DNA of 64,000 nucleotides. It comes from Podarcis cretensis. Taxonomy: Eukaryota. Where the stretch lies: contig OX638156.1 in assembly GCA_951804945.1 (NCBI GenBank), forward strand, positions 26,040,001-26,104,000, written 5' to 3'. Numbering within the stretch: the stretch's first letter is position 1; the number at the start of each line of letters is the position of its first letter. Shown here piece by piece: positions 1 to 12,290 of this stretch. Under the pieces are notes generated by a model. It saw nothing but the letters and a program-made list of their open reading frames with translations, was not told the DNA's origin and made no database searches. The position numbers and the translations under genes are program-made.

Positions 1-1314
1 TGTTGTTTCAGTGCGTTTTTGTGAGCTGGGGGTTGTGCCCTCTGGCCAAGTTTTTCCGCACTTCTGGTGTGCGCTGCTTTTGTGTGGGTGTGAATTGAAA
101 CCGGAAGCACTCTGGTCCCAAGACAGGGCTGGGCGGAAGCACCCAGCATTGCCAGATGGATCCTGAGGACCTACGGGTGCTTAAGCTGGGCTGTTTCCCT
201 TGTCTTTGCTTTTCCAAGGGATCTGGGAGTTGGGTCTAGCAGAATTAATCTGAACCTTGAGAAGCTTGTAGAGCAGAAAGAGGAAGTGGGGGAAAGTGTT
301 GCACTTCCAGCTTCCTGCTTCAGCTCTACTTTCTGGTCAAGAGAGAAAAAGGTAAGCAGCCTCTGCCCGATGACTGAGAGGGCAGTGGGATGAGGGCCTC
401 AGAGAGTTCATGGGCGCCATGGAAAAAACTCAAGGGGGACATTGCACCCATGAGCACTGCATTGGCAACCGCTGCTGTAAGAGCAGGTGGGTTAATCCAG
501 GTGAGCAAAGCATTCATCTTAGAAAGAGAACACCCACCCAGATCAACCTCTTGGCCTTTGCATGGTAGATCTAATTGCAATCATCCTGAAAGTGGTTGCT
601 GTGAGAGCTGATGTAGTGTTGTGGCGTTGACTTGGGTTCATGGGCCCCAGTTACAGTCTTGTCTCTGCCATGAGTTCAGTAGGTGAACATATGAGCTTTG
701 CTGTGTTGGGTTAAAGCAGCTTTGGCCAGCCTGGTGCCCTCCAGATGTTTTGGACTACAAGTGCCATCAGCTCTGACCGTTGGCTGTGGAGCTGATGGAA
801 ATTGCAATAGAAAAAGCCTGGAGGACACCAGGTTGGACTAAGAGATGGCTTCATGGGTCATGGTGTTCCTTAACTCCTTCAGTTCATCACTAGCCATTTC
901 CCACAACACACAATGAAAAGAATAAGACTAGCTCTGCCGGCTCAAACCAAAGGCCCATTCAGTCCAACATTTTGTTCTTCACAGCAGTCAGCCTATGAGA
1001 AGCCTACATGCAAGGCACGAGGGCATGAGTGCCACTGTTGTTCTCCAACTGGTATTCAGAAGCAACGTTCTTCCAATTCTTGAAGCAACATAGAGCCATT
1101 GGGACTAGTATCCACTGATGGCCTCATCCTTCATGAAATTGTCTGGCTTTCTTTTCTAAATGGGAATCGGTCACACATCTTGTGATAGCAAATTGCGTTG
1201 CATAACTTCAAAGAAGTACTTCCCACCGGCGAGCTTCATTGGATGAGCCCAAGTTCTAGCCAGTATTATTCCCATTTGGAATATGGAAGATAATAGTAGC
1301 GGCTTGCTTAAAAG

Positions 1315-1445
1315 CAGCAGTGGAGGCACTGTGCCCCTCCAGATATTGCTGAACTACAGCTCCCATCATCCCTGGCTATGCTTGGTGGGGATGATGGGAA
1401 TTGTAGTTCAGTAACAACTGGAGGGCCATAGGTTCCTCACACCTG
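1315..1445. mobile_element. Palindromic hAT-type MITE
   Basis: Arms ACTACAGCTCCCATCATCCC / GGGATGATGGGAATTGTAGT; near-identical 8-bp flanks CTTAAAAG / CTTTAAAG. Confidence 0.7.
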
Positions 1446-3000
1446 CTTTAAAGGGCCACTGTAAGGATTTACAACCAGATGGTGTATGTGAAGTTCTCAT
1501 GCCTTGATTAAGTATTGTTATTAATCCCTGCATGACAGCGCTGTCTGGGCCTGTACATTATGTGGGATGGATGAGCCACAGGGTGGGGCATAGCGTGGAG
1601 TGATACCCTACATGATGGTTGATAAGGCAAAGGTGTAGAAATGCTCGTCGTTCTGATTTAACCAGTGCTGTTGTTAGTAATTGTATTACCTGTGTTTTCA
1701 GGTAGAACTATAACCCCCTGCGTTCCTGCTAGGGACTTGGGGGCGGAAGGGAGCACCAAAACTATTCCTGTACCATTAGTGGTACTTGGCTGGGTCATAT
1801 ACTAGAAGCAAACTGGACGTCTCCATTGGTGGCGCTTCCACACACCTTTCTGTACCTGCCAATCTACAACCTTACACATGTTTACTCAGAAGTGCATCCT
1901 GCTGTGTCTGAGGAGACATATTCCCTAGTAAGTGTGTTTTAGGAGTGCATTCCAGTGCCCTCTGAATCTCAGGCTGCTGCTCTAAAGCACATTATCTTGT
2001 AACACCCCCAATAATTTGTGTGTGTTCTGAGAATATAAGAAGGACCTTGCTGGTTCAGACCAAAGGCCCATCTGTTCCAGCATCCTGTTCTTGCAGTGGC
2101 CTGTGGGAAGTCCAAAAGTAGATTTACCTTAGCAGCATGTGTGGCACTTGATCATCCAGTCCCATGGTGAGTTTGCAGCCAGCTATTGAAAACCTGTCTT
2201 TCTAGGAACCTCTTGGTCCCAGGTTGGACTTAGTTGTCTGGTAAGATTCTGATGCTATAAATCATATGCCCCTGAACACCTGTTGTTTGAGAGCACAAAT
2301 GGGAGAGTGTTGCTGTGCTGGCCTCTACTCAATAATGCACACCGAGTGGCAGTGGCTCTCCAGGGTCTCTAGGACTGAACTGGAGATATTTTGTGTGCAC
2401 TGCAGAGCATGAGTTCTACCACAAAGCTGTAGCCTCTGGCCCAAAGGGAAATTGAGTTGCAACCGAGGTGAGCGGCAAGGCAGAGGAACCTTAAGGGCTT
2501 CGGTACCTCTAAGCATCGCATGGAAAAGGGCATTTTGTCAGACATAGCAGCTATCCTCATTGCAGTGCTGTGATGCTTATCCCTGGAACATAGGAAGTTG
2601 CTTCATATTGAGTCAGATCGCTGACCCGTCAGTATTGTCCAACAGAAACTTCTCAGGGGTTCTTCCATGGATTTAACCAAGTTTTCCCCATCACCTCCTG
2701 CCTGTTCATTAGAACTGAAAATGCCTCGGAGTGAACCTGTGGCCTTCTGCATCCAAGGCATTGCTCTAACACTGAGCTATGCCTTCTCTCATTCCTACCA
2801 CAGAGCTGTGGCTCTTGTCCCTGCTCTGACATCCCTTGTGCTGCTGTATCTGGAAAGACCAGAAAACTCAACTGGGCTTGTCTGGTAGTTCTCTGCCTCT
2901 GGGGTGGAGGTGATGTTGATGTTTCTGCTTGGGGCTATGTCTGCTCCCAGGGAATTTGCAAATTGCACTCCTTCCCTATAGTGCTATGGGGAGGACAGGA

Positions 3001-3125
3001 GGGCCATAGCTCATTGGTAGAGCACATGACTTGCTTACAGAAGGTCCTGGGTTCAGTTCCAGGCATGTCCAAGGAAGGCTGGGAAAGAGTCCCATCTGAA
3101 ACTCTGGAGAGCTTCTATCAGTTAG
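3001..3125 (+). mobile_element. tRNA-Ala-like-headed SINE (further copies ~9120-9970 interrupted, ~15165-15347, ~22270-22445 minus, ~62360-62520 minus)
   Basis: A-box/B-box head TAGCTCATTGGTAGAGC...GGTTCAGTTCC followed by a body shared between copies. Confidence 0.65.
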
Positions 3126-4551
3126 TGGCTGGGTATGCACATCTTGCTAAGCCAAACTATAGCTTGCTGGGACCCTGCTAACTTGCGAAGTGGTGATCAC
3201 AGCTGCCTTGCTCCTCTCCAGTACTTTTAGCTCAACATGCGGCACTTAAGCCAATGTTTGGCTCAGCATGTCGTCTCAACATGGAGTTGTGGTTAAGCTC
3301 CCTCCTCCTTAGACATGACCTGTAACCAGGAACAAACCTTGGCTGTAGATTGTGGTTAATCCCCCATTCAGAGGACACAATGAGCCAAACCTTGGTTTAG
3401 CTGCCATGCTGAGCTGCAAGGATCTGGGAATGAGCAAAGTGGGTGAAATTGCCTCCTTGGGAGCCAGCATGTTCGCGCTAAACCATGGTTCATCTTAGCA
3501 TAATGTGTGAGTGCGGATGGTGTGTAGGTGGTGCAGAGTGTGGCAGACTGATGGGTTCAAGAATACCTTCCTCAATACAATCTTGCTCCGCTGTTTTGCA
3601 ACTGTTGATGCTAGGCCTCCATTGCACGCTTGCTGAAAGCATTGACCAATGCTCCTAATTGGCAGAGAAGCCTGGAGTCATCACCCCCCCCAACTTTCCC
3701 CAAGTCCTGGGAACTATTCCAGCTTCTGCTGTAACCCTCTGTCCTCCCAAGGGCTGAATCGAATTTCAGATTTCTCTATCTCCCCTGCTGAGTGTTTGAC
3801 GCCTCCTGACAGGTGTGGGCTTTGGGATGAACATCCCCTTGTGGGTCTGTAGCTCTCCCTCTCCCCTCCATACTTTCTAGTTCTTGGAATTCCTAATCTG
3901 GCTGAGCAACTAGGACCTTTGTGCTTAACAGGGGCCGAATGCCAGTTTCTCTAAACAGCCTCTGCCTTATGCTGGAATAATATCACCTGCTTTCTCTTTC
4001 CTGCTGTGCATCTGTGCCTTGCATTGCTCTCAGAGATGCTTTCCCTCCCCACCCCCAAAAGAGGGAAGGCACCATCTAAACCCCTCCCCTCTTTTGTTGC
4101 CCAGACTCCTTCTGAAGGAACGTCTCTGTCAGGGGCACCATGTCCCCCGTGTTATCTGCGCAGAACAGGAGCTCTGGTGAAATAGACCTCATAGCTCCTC
4201 TTGCATTCGAGGAACAAGATCTTTCCAAACTTAAGTCCTTTATTATTCTATCCTGACTTGCATAGGCATGTCGCTGCACCAATATAGCCTTTTACAGTTT
4301 GTCTGGTACTTGTTTATATGTGACCATAGGAATTCCATGCAGGTGAGTGAATGGATGATGGATAATGGACACAATGTGCCATCCCTCCTCTACCAGGCTC
4401 CTTGGTTTCTAGGTTAGCTGTAGAAGATGAAAAATCACCATGACCAGCACAGCACAGATATGCAGTGGGTTGGTGAGGAAGAATGGATCATCCCATCCCT
4501 TTTCTATTAGTCCACTTGGTAAAAGGCCTCCCCTCCCCCCAGCCTCTAAGT

Positions 4552-4673
4552 CAGGCATCCCCACACTCCAGCTGTTTTGGGACTACAACTTCCAATCATC
4601 CCTAGCTAACAGGACCAGCGGTCAGGGATGATGGGAATTGTAGTCCCAAAACAGCTGAGTTTGGGGATGCCTG
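4552..4673. mobile_element. Palindromic hAT-type MITE
   Basis: Terminal inverted repeats (TIRs) CAGGCATCCCCA / TGGGGATGCCTG; perfect 8-bp TSD CTCTAAGT (4544-4551, 4674-4681). Confidence 0.88.
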
Positions 4674-5134
4674 CTCTAAGTGGCTAGTGGACAACCTTTG
4701 GACCTCCAGATGTTGCTGAACTATAGCCCCCATCATGCTAATATTAATTTCTAACGCTTGCTCTTAGCCTGGGCATATGACCCATTAAGTTTGTATGTAG
4801 ACATGTATCGGATTGCACTGTAAATATGCTTGGTAGTTGCATCTGAGAAACTTGTTTCGGAAAGCCACTTCTAATATAAGCTGGTGCGTAATTTTTAAAG
4901 TGCAGGTTGGGATAAACTTGCAATTTAGGTCAATGTTGTCTTGGCCGTTCGGTTGATTATGGCACAGCAGTTTTCTTCCGGCCTTCACAAGCAGACTGTG
5001 GCTATGATTCAACTTCTAAATAAGCTACTCCATTTGTTTTGCTAAGACCAGTTAAGGCTGCTTCATAAGCCCCACCCAGGTACCTGAGCGCACAAAACAG
5101 GAGCACTGCACCAGTCAAGTCGGATATGCTTGTG

Positions 5135-5643
5135 CTGGGGTTGGCAAACTAAGGACCGCGGGCCGGATGCAGCCCGCCAGGCTCATTAATCTGGCCCGCG
5201 AACCTTGCGGACCCTGCCACCCGCTTGGTCAGTCCCTGCGCTAAACCGGTGTGGCGCAGAGGCCTCACTGCGCAGAGACTGACTTACGTGATGCGGCTTC
5301 TGATTGGCTACAGGAAGCTCCTGCAGCCAATTAGAAGCCGCTGACACCTGTGGGTGGGTGGCGATGCTGGCACAACCTCTGCGCCGCTACTGCTTCCTCC
5401 TGCTCAGCCGCCTCAGCAGGAAGGAAGGGGTGGCGCCCAGAGGCCGCCAAGTGGGAGGGAGCGGGAAGAGCTGAGCAGGAGGGAGCGGTGGCAGGGTCGA
5501 GGCTGCCTCCGCCGTCCAGGCCAGTGGAGACGAGGCGGGGGGGGAGGTCCTTTCGGGAGAGGGGGTGCTTTTTTGGGGGGGTCCAGCCCTTCACAAGTTT
5601 GAAATTCACTCCGACTGAAAGCCCACCCAAACTTTTGCTGCAT
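5135..5643. mobile_element. GC-rich non-autonomous hAT-like element (right end approximate)
   Basis: Starts CTGGGGTTGGCAAACTAAGG...GGGCCGGATGCAGCCC, like the hAT MITE terminus at 18818. CpG-rich interior. Confidence 0.55.
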
Positions 5644-5875
5644 TGCTTGATGATGCAATCAGACGCAGATGCCTAATGCAGGTTACTTACGGCACATCAG
5701 GTGCCAAAAAGGTGGCAGCAGGGCCCAGTTTTCTTCCAGGGACAAGCAAGAGGTTGTTGAAAAGCCTGGTGTATGGTTTCAAAAAGAATAGCCATGCTCT
5801 TCTTTTTGAAACCATAGCTGTGGTGCAGAGCTCCCAGTAGGTTTCCAGGCACAATTCAAAGAGTTGGTGCCAGCC

Positions 5876-6128
5876 TGTTGTTGTTGTTTAGTTGTTTAGT
5901 CGTGTCTGACTCTTTGTGACCCCATGGACCAGAGCATGCCAAGCACTCCTGTCTTCCACTGCCTCCCGCAGTTTGGTCAAACTCGTGTTGGTAGCTTCGA
6001 GAACACTGTCCAACTATCTCGTCCTCTGTCGTCCCCGTCTCCTTGTGCCCTCCATCTTTCCCAACATCAGGGTCTTTTCCAGGGAGTCTTCTCTTCTCTT
6101 CTCATGAGGTGGCCAAAGTATTGAAGTC
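5876..6128 (-). mobile_element. BovB (RTE) LINE 3' fragment
   Basis: Minus strand encodes LQYFGHLMR..EDSLEKTLMLGKMEG..AWHALVHGVTKSQTRL, the BovB ORF C-terminus, followed by a (CAA)n tail. Confidence 0.85.
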
Positions 6129-6790
6129 TAAAGGTAAAGGTACCCCTGCCCGTACGGGCCAGTCGTGTGCGACTCTAGGGTTGTGCGCCCATCTCACGTA
6201 AGAGGCCGGGGGCCAGCGCTGTCCGGAGACACTTCCGGGTCACGTGGCCAGCGTGACGAAGCTGCTCTGGCGAGCCAGCACCAGCACAGCACACGGAAAC
6301 GCCGTTTACCTTCCTGCTATAAAGTGGTACTTATTTATCTACAGTGGTGCCCCGCAAGACGAATGCCTCGCAAGACGGAAAACCCGCTAGACGAAAGGGT
6401 TTTCCGTTTTGGAGGTGCTTCGCAAAATGAATTTCCTATGGGCTTGCTTCGCAAGACGAAAATGTCTTGCGAGTTCCTGCGGGTTTTTTCCCCTCCCCCC
6501 CCTTTTTCTAAGCCGATAAGCCACTAAAAGCCGCTAATAGCGCTAATCTGCTAATCCGTCAATGGGCTTGCATCGCAAGACGAAAAAACCGCTAGACAAA
6601 GAGAATCGCGGAACGGATTCTTTTCGTCTTGCGAGGCACCACTGTACTTGCACTTAAGGGTGCTTTCGAACTGCTAGGTGGGCAGGAGCTGGGACCGAAA
6701 GACGGGAGCTCACCCCACCGCAGGGATTCGAACCGCCGACCATGCGATCGGCAAGCCCTAGGCGCTGAGGTTTTACCCACAGCGCTACCC
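6129..6790 (-). mobile_element. Sauria-type SINE (subfamily 'B'), interrupted by a MITE
   Basis: tRNA-like head with a GGTTCGAATCC B-box on the minus strand and an (ACCTTT)n tail. Shares diagnostic sites with 43639-44005. Confidence 0.9.
6342..6644. mobile_element. Tc1/mariner (Tigger-like) MITE
   Basis: TIRs CAGTGGTGCCCCGCAAGACGAA / TTCGTCTTGCGAGGCACCACTG. TA duplicated (6340-6341, 6645-6646) inside the SINE motif TATTTATC-TA-CTTGCAC. Confidence 0.92.
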
Positions 6791-7733
6791 TGGTGCTGAC
6801 CTAGTAAGGCCCTAAATGGCCTCAGCCCTGTATACCTAAAGGAGCATCTCCACCCCCATCGTCCAGCTGAGATCCAGCTTAGAGGGTCTGCTTAGTAAGT
6901 GGAGCAGTGGAACACCCTCCCATCAGATGTCAAGGAAATAAACAACTATTTGACTTTCAGAAGAGATCTGAAAGTTTTTAAATGTTTGATGTTTTATTGT
7001 GTTTTTAATATTTTGTTGGGAGCCGCCTAGAGTGGCTTGGGTGCCAGCATATAAATAATAAAATTATTATTAGTATTATTGCATGTTTTGGCTCTGCTTA
7101 CTAGCCAGACAGCCCTACCTCCGAGACACATCTTACAAAAGTTAAGTGCAAAATGAAGTGAGATCTAGTCTCACTCCAAGCCCCTTTCCCAGCTCACAGA
7201 GAACATGTGGAAAGGATGGTTGCCATCAGCATCCTGGGTAATGGATTTGAGGAGCTTAGCTCTGGAGGGCAAGGAGAACACTGAGCTGCTGCTTCCAAGC
7301 ATTTTAAAGGGGTATGTGCCCAATCATACATGATCGTGGGGTTGAGCTCCAATTGGGGGGAAAAAAAAAAAGAGATTCATGCATTGCAGCTGTTTGGACT
7401 AGATGACCCTCGTGCTTCCTCCCAACTCTGCAGTTCTGTGAATGTGGCTCCTTCACAACATCTGGACATCTTATAAATATACCTCTCTAGTTGCTGAGGT
7501 TGAGCAGGTATTGCCATCACATTCAAGCATATTTTTGTAGCCATAAGGGCTAAATACTTGCCGGGTGTGTGTGTGTGTTTATTTCTTAGGAATCTTTGGC
7601 TGGATCAAGGATTGTGCTGAATTTTGAAAAAAAATTCTTTTAAAAAAATATCAAGTAAGGCACACCCACACTCAACATTTGAATGTCTGTTGCATAGATC
7701 ACAGAACAGATTCACTCCCTTGTTGCCCCAGAG

Positions 7734-7869
7734 CAGGCATAGGCAAACTCAGGCCTCCAGACGTTTTGGGACTACAGTTCCCATCATCCCTGACCACTGG
7801 TCCTGTTAGCTAGGGATGATGGGAGTTGTAGTCCCAAAACAGCTGGAGGGCCGAGTTTGCCTATGCCTG
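7734..7869. mobile_element. Palindromic hAT-type MITE inserted in a CR1 fragment (~7690-8090)
   Basis: TIRs CAGGCATAGGCAAACTC / GAGTTTGCCTATGCCTG; perfect TSD CCCCAGAG. Confidence 0.9.
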
Positions 7870-9202
7870 CCCCAGAGGGTAAGACCCGAACCAACAGCTT
7901 CAAATTATAAGAAACTAGATTTTATCTAAACTTTGCAAAGCTTTGGGCCGAACTGCTTGACAGTGGACCAGACTGCTTGGGATAAGCCACCTATCAATGG
8001 TGCCCTAGGCTGGATTTTCCTGCATTGTCTTGGGGGGGGGGGTTGGTTGGTCATGGGAGGGAATAGAGAACACTTCCAACTCTATGATTCATAGGCCTTC
8101 ATCTCATTCTTTCTGTTTGCATGCATGTTCCCAGGCATGATTTCAGTGACCCTTGACAGGTTAGAACCAGGTAGCAGAGACCTTTAATCTTATTGCCTGG
8201 GCTCTCCCCTCCCCACCCCCATTTCACTTTTGTTCCAGGCTGCCCTTTGAGATGATGATTCATAGGACTAGCAACACAGAGTTCTTACAGGAAACTGTTT
8301 GGTCAGCATTTGAAGTGCAAGTCACTTCGCTTTAATTGCACAAAATTCAGCTGCCAGGATGGGCGTGGTTTGAGGGACAGCAAGTTCAGCCTTTTGGGCT
8401 TCTTCCTGAAGGTGGCTGCAGTCTCTTCTTCCCTGGGGGCCATATTTCCGCACATCTGTGGAAAGGGCGGGCCATGCATAACTCAAGTTGACGGCACAGA
8501 ACATTGGCATCCCGAGAGCCTTGGCTTAGAGAGAGGGAGAGAGATTCAGAGTGCTAACTGCCTTTCAGCAGTCAAGATTTGGTGGTCTAGAGCTGCAAAG
8601 TTGGTGTTCACGCACTTCAGTCATCATAGCCTTCGTTCTTTCTGCTCTTTCCAAAAATCTATGTTTTATTTAATAACCTGAAGAGGTATAAACACACTGT
8701 GTCTGCATTAACACATTGGTACTGGGAGCCTAAATTCATGCAGAGCCCTATAAACCTCCCAACTCCTGAAATGTTGGTATCCATTATTAGTATTATTACA
8801 AAAAGTGGTCCTGCAGTGCAGACTGTTTCGATTCAGGGTTCCAGCCAGCCTTGCCCTGTGCTAGGAGACTCCATTCCATTTCCCCCTCCCCTTTTGAAAA
8901 TGAGTATAATAATAGTTCTGCTGTATAAGGCTTTATGCAGCTCATTGCAGAGCTGCCCTCTTGGAACTGGAACATAATGTCCTGATCCTTTATCCACTTC
9001 TTGTGGGCTGTTGCCTTTCCCCCCATGCACTGTTATCAATGGATATTTGGTCCATTTGGATTGGCAGTCAGATGCAGTTGGGCATGATGCTCTGCTCTGT
9101 TACTCTTTAGGGTGTACTATATCATAGCTTAGTGGTAGAACACGTGCTCTGAGTGCAGAAGGTCCCAGATTAAATCCCAGCATTCCCACATAGGGTTGGA
9201 AG

Positions 9203-9864
9203 CAGTGTTAGAAATCAGCCAGGTGCCAGGCACATTGCAAGTAGCACAGGTCCAAGTGTGACCACATGGAGATCTCTTGGTGCCAGATTGGGGACTGACA
9301 TCTCCATCCAGCTGTCCCCTCCAGCTTTCTTAAGCAAAATAACTTATTTATTGTATTTATATCCCACCATCCCCATGGTTCATCCTCAGTTAATCCCTAC
9401 AATGACCTTGTGAGGTAGGTTAAGAGACTGTGACTAGCCCCAGGTCATTCAGTAAGTTTCATGGCCGAGTGAGGAATTGAACCCTGATCTCCTAGGTTCT
9501 GTTCTGACACTCTAACCACTACACCACATTGGCTTCTTAGAGTACTTCTGCTGTGGGGCAGCTATATAAATTAAGCAGATAAATGAATATGGGAGAGGCA
9601 AAATGTCACTTAGCAAAGGATCTGAAATATTTTCCTTTGTTTTGTTCTGGATTGTTTGATTAGATGTTTTAACGTGTTGTAAATTGCCTTGAGATTTTTT
9701 TTCTTTAGAATATAAAGTGGCATAGGAATGAAATTAAGAGTAATGATAACATTAAATGTCACTGCAAAAAAAGGGGGGCTCCTAGCAATTCCATTGTGGT
9801 GACTGTAACCTAGGCTTAAGGTGCCATTGGGCAATTGGCTTATATTTTTGAGTTTCTAACACTG
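9203..9864. mobile_element. Non-autonomous hAT element (CAGTGTTAGAAA TIR), nested in a tRNA-SINE and itself carrying a SINE (~9340-9535)
   Basis: TIRs CAGTGTTAGAAA / TTTCTAACACTG; perfect 8-bp TSD GTTGGAAG. Related termini at 20334, 21305-21601 and ~63060. Confidence 0.85.
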
Positions 9865-11310
9865 GTTGGAAGAGATCTCCCAAAACCCTGGAGAGCTGCT
9901 GCCAATCACAGTAGACATTATTGAACTAGATGGAACCAGGGCCCTGACCTGGTGCAATGCAGTTTCCTATGTCACTTAAGAGGCCGTGGACTCCATCGGA
10001 ATACAAGCCACATTGTTTGGGGCAGGCAGGCTTCGATTTGAGGGCTGCTGTGCAGATGGGCTTCAGAACGTGAAAAACACTTCCTGCCTTTTCTTTAGGT
10101 TGCTGATGTGTGCGCTGCATAGTGGGACCTGGCTTTCATGGAGAGGCACCGACCAATGTGACTCTGCAAATTTTCCTATCTGTAGCAGGAGAGGAAACTG
10201 AGGGCTGCGCAGGCAACTCCCAAAAGAGAGTCTGATAAAGTGTGAGGAAAAGCCATCTAAGGACATTCGAAGCTGTATGTTTTCCCATCTTTGCAGGATG
10301 TCTGTGCTGTGACCAGTCGCTAGTTTTGATACTGCCTTATGGTTCCTGCCCATTGAGCTTAGTTTACAGCATGTAGCTTTTGTGGGTTTCCTCTGCCATT
10401 TCGTCACAGAGCATCTTTCCCAAGTAAAGGTCTTTGCAAGTAAACACTGCCATCACCAGTCCCCCTGGCACCTACAGCTGGCTGTTCTATAGAAAGTAGC
10501 ATGCCATATTTCAAAAAGTAGGAAACCACCAAAATTGTTGAGGTTTTTTTTTTTAATGCCCCCCCCCCCAAGTGATTGGCTTGCCTAAGATCCAGGACAA
10601 AGCGCCACCTTTAAGAAATTCCCCCCGGGCATCAATTCTGCCTTTGAAATCCTGGCACTGTCCAATAAATTTTGGACGTATGGCAACCCTATGCTAGGTC
10701 AGTGGAAGAATGAAGATCTGGGGTGGTGTGACTGTTCAAGAAAAAATTAGATGATATTTTGGTTGTGTTTTTTTAAAAAAGCAAACTAACATGTTATAAG
10801 CCTTACTGTTTTTCTAAAAAAACAACAACACACCACTATATCCATGACCTGTCAAACACTTTTGGTTAAACTAGCGGGCATAGGGGGGTCACCAGGCTAC
10901 CCAAGCTATGAAGGGAGTTTTTATGGTGTGATGTTTGTAGTGTCTATTTGTTCTGCTCCATGTTGCCAGATGGCGATCTTGCAAGGAGCCATGATCATTT
11001 GGCTCGGAGTCACAGCTATAGCTGCAGTGGAATGCCAGGTTTTCACTGCTGGAGAGAATTGTGCTCCCTCGTGCCCCTGCCAGTGCATGATGAAAGCTCG
11101 CCAATGTCTGGCTATTTCTTGGTCACAAGGATTCCTCCATTCTGCACAATGTACACTTATTATGTGTCTTCTGCAAGAGGGACACTGCTACCCACTTGGC
11201 AAAAAGGTCTAATTCTCAGTTATTAATATTGCAGAGAGGTGCAGGGTATAGGAGGCATCTGCAGCAATTATATTTTGAGGATATGGTAGAATATAACCTC
11301 TCCTTATGGT

Positions 11311-12290
11311 AGAACATAAGAAGAGCCTGCTGGATCAGGCCAGTTGCAGAGGCAGAGCATAGCCATCATGGCTAGTAGCCACTGATTGCCTTAGCATTAA
11401 TGTCTAATTCTCTTTTAATGCTATTCAGGTTGGTGGCTCCCACTGCCTCCAGTGGGAGCAAGTTCCATAGTTTAATTAATTGATGTGTACTTTTAATTAA
11501 GCGCTGAAGTACTTTTATCTGTCTCGAATCTTCCAATATTTGCTCCATCCCTTGATCTCCGGGTTTCCCTTTTCTGAACGTCTTCCAACTTGACAATATC
11601 TTTTTTGAGGTGAGGCAACCAGAGCTGTGTTCCAGATGTGGTTGCACCATAGATTTGTATGATGGCATTATGCTATCTGCAGTTTTATCTCCAATTCCCT
11701 TCTTGCTGATCCCTCGCATGGGATTTGCCTTTTTCACATCTGCTGCACAGTGGATTGATGTCTTAATCAAGCTATGCACTATGACCCCAAGGTTTCATTC
11801 CTGGTCAGTTACTGTTATTTCAGATTCTGTGGACATATATGTGAAGCTGAGGGTCTTTTCTTGCCCTGGCATGCATTACTTTACACTTGCTTACAATGAA
11901 TTGCATTTGCCATATTACAACCCATTCATTCATTTTGGAGAGGTTCCTTTTGGAACTTTTTGCCATCACTTTTTTTGTTAATGATCCTGAACCAATTTAG
12001 CATCATCAGCAATCTTGGCCACCTCACTAGCCACCCTAATGTAAAATTATTTATGAACAAGTTAAATAGCTCAGGTTCCAATACTGATCCTTAGGGGGAC
12101 TCCACTTTTTACATCTTTCCATTTGGAGAACTGTCCATTTATTCTTACCATCTGGATTGGTTTCTGCTGAACCAATTCCTGATCCACAAGAGGACCTCTC
12201 CTCTTAGTTTTTGTGGAGATGCCTTCTCAAAAACGTTTTGAAAGTCTAAGTGCACTGTGTAATCTGTGGGCACATCCTCATTTGCTGGGC
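11311..12290 (-). mobile_element. CR1 LINE, 5'-truncated, degenerate RT C-terminal half
   Basis: Minus-strand translation includes CAADVKKANPMRGISKKGIGDKTADSIMPSYKSMVQPHLE and a GQFSKWKDVKSGVP-like RT segment, with frameshifts. Confidence 0.88.

Larger units (their letters stand above)
5830..7080 (+). mobile_element. L2-like LINE 3' fragment, split by the insertion at 5876-6790
   Basis: GCACAATTCAAAG..TGGTGC resumes as TGGTGCTGACC..AAGGCCCTAAATGGCCTC..TACCTAAAGGAGC and ends in an AATAAT-rich tail. Similar fragments at ~47380-47830 and ~54580-55170. Confidence 0.65.

Noticed and set aside
5331-5676. Cluster of GC-rich ORFs on both strands
   Set aside because: Stop-poor GC-rich interior of a non-autonomous transposon.
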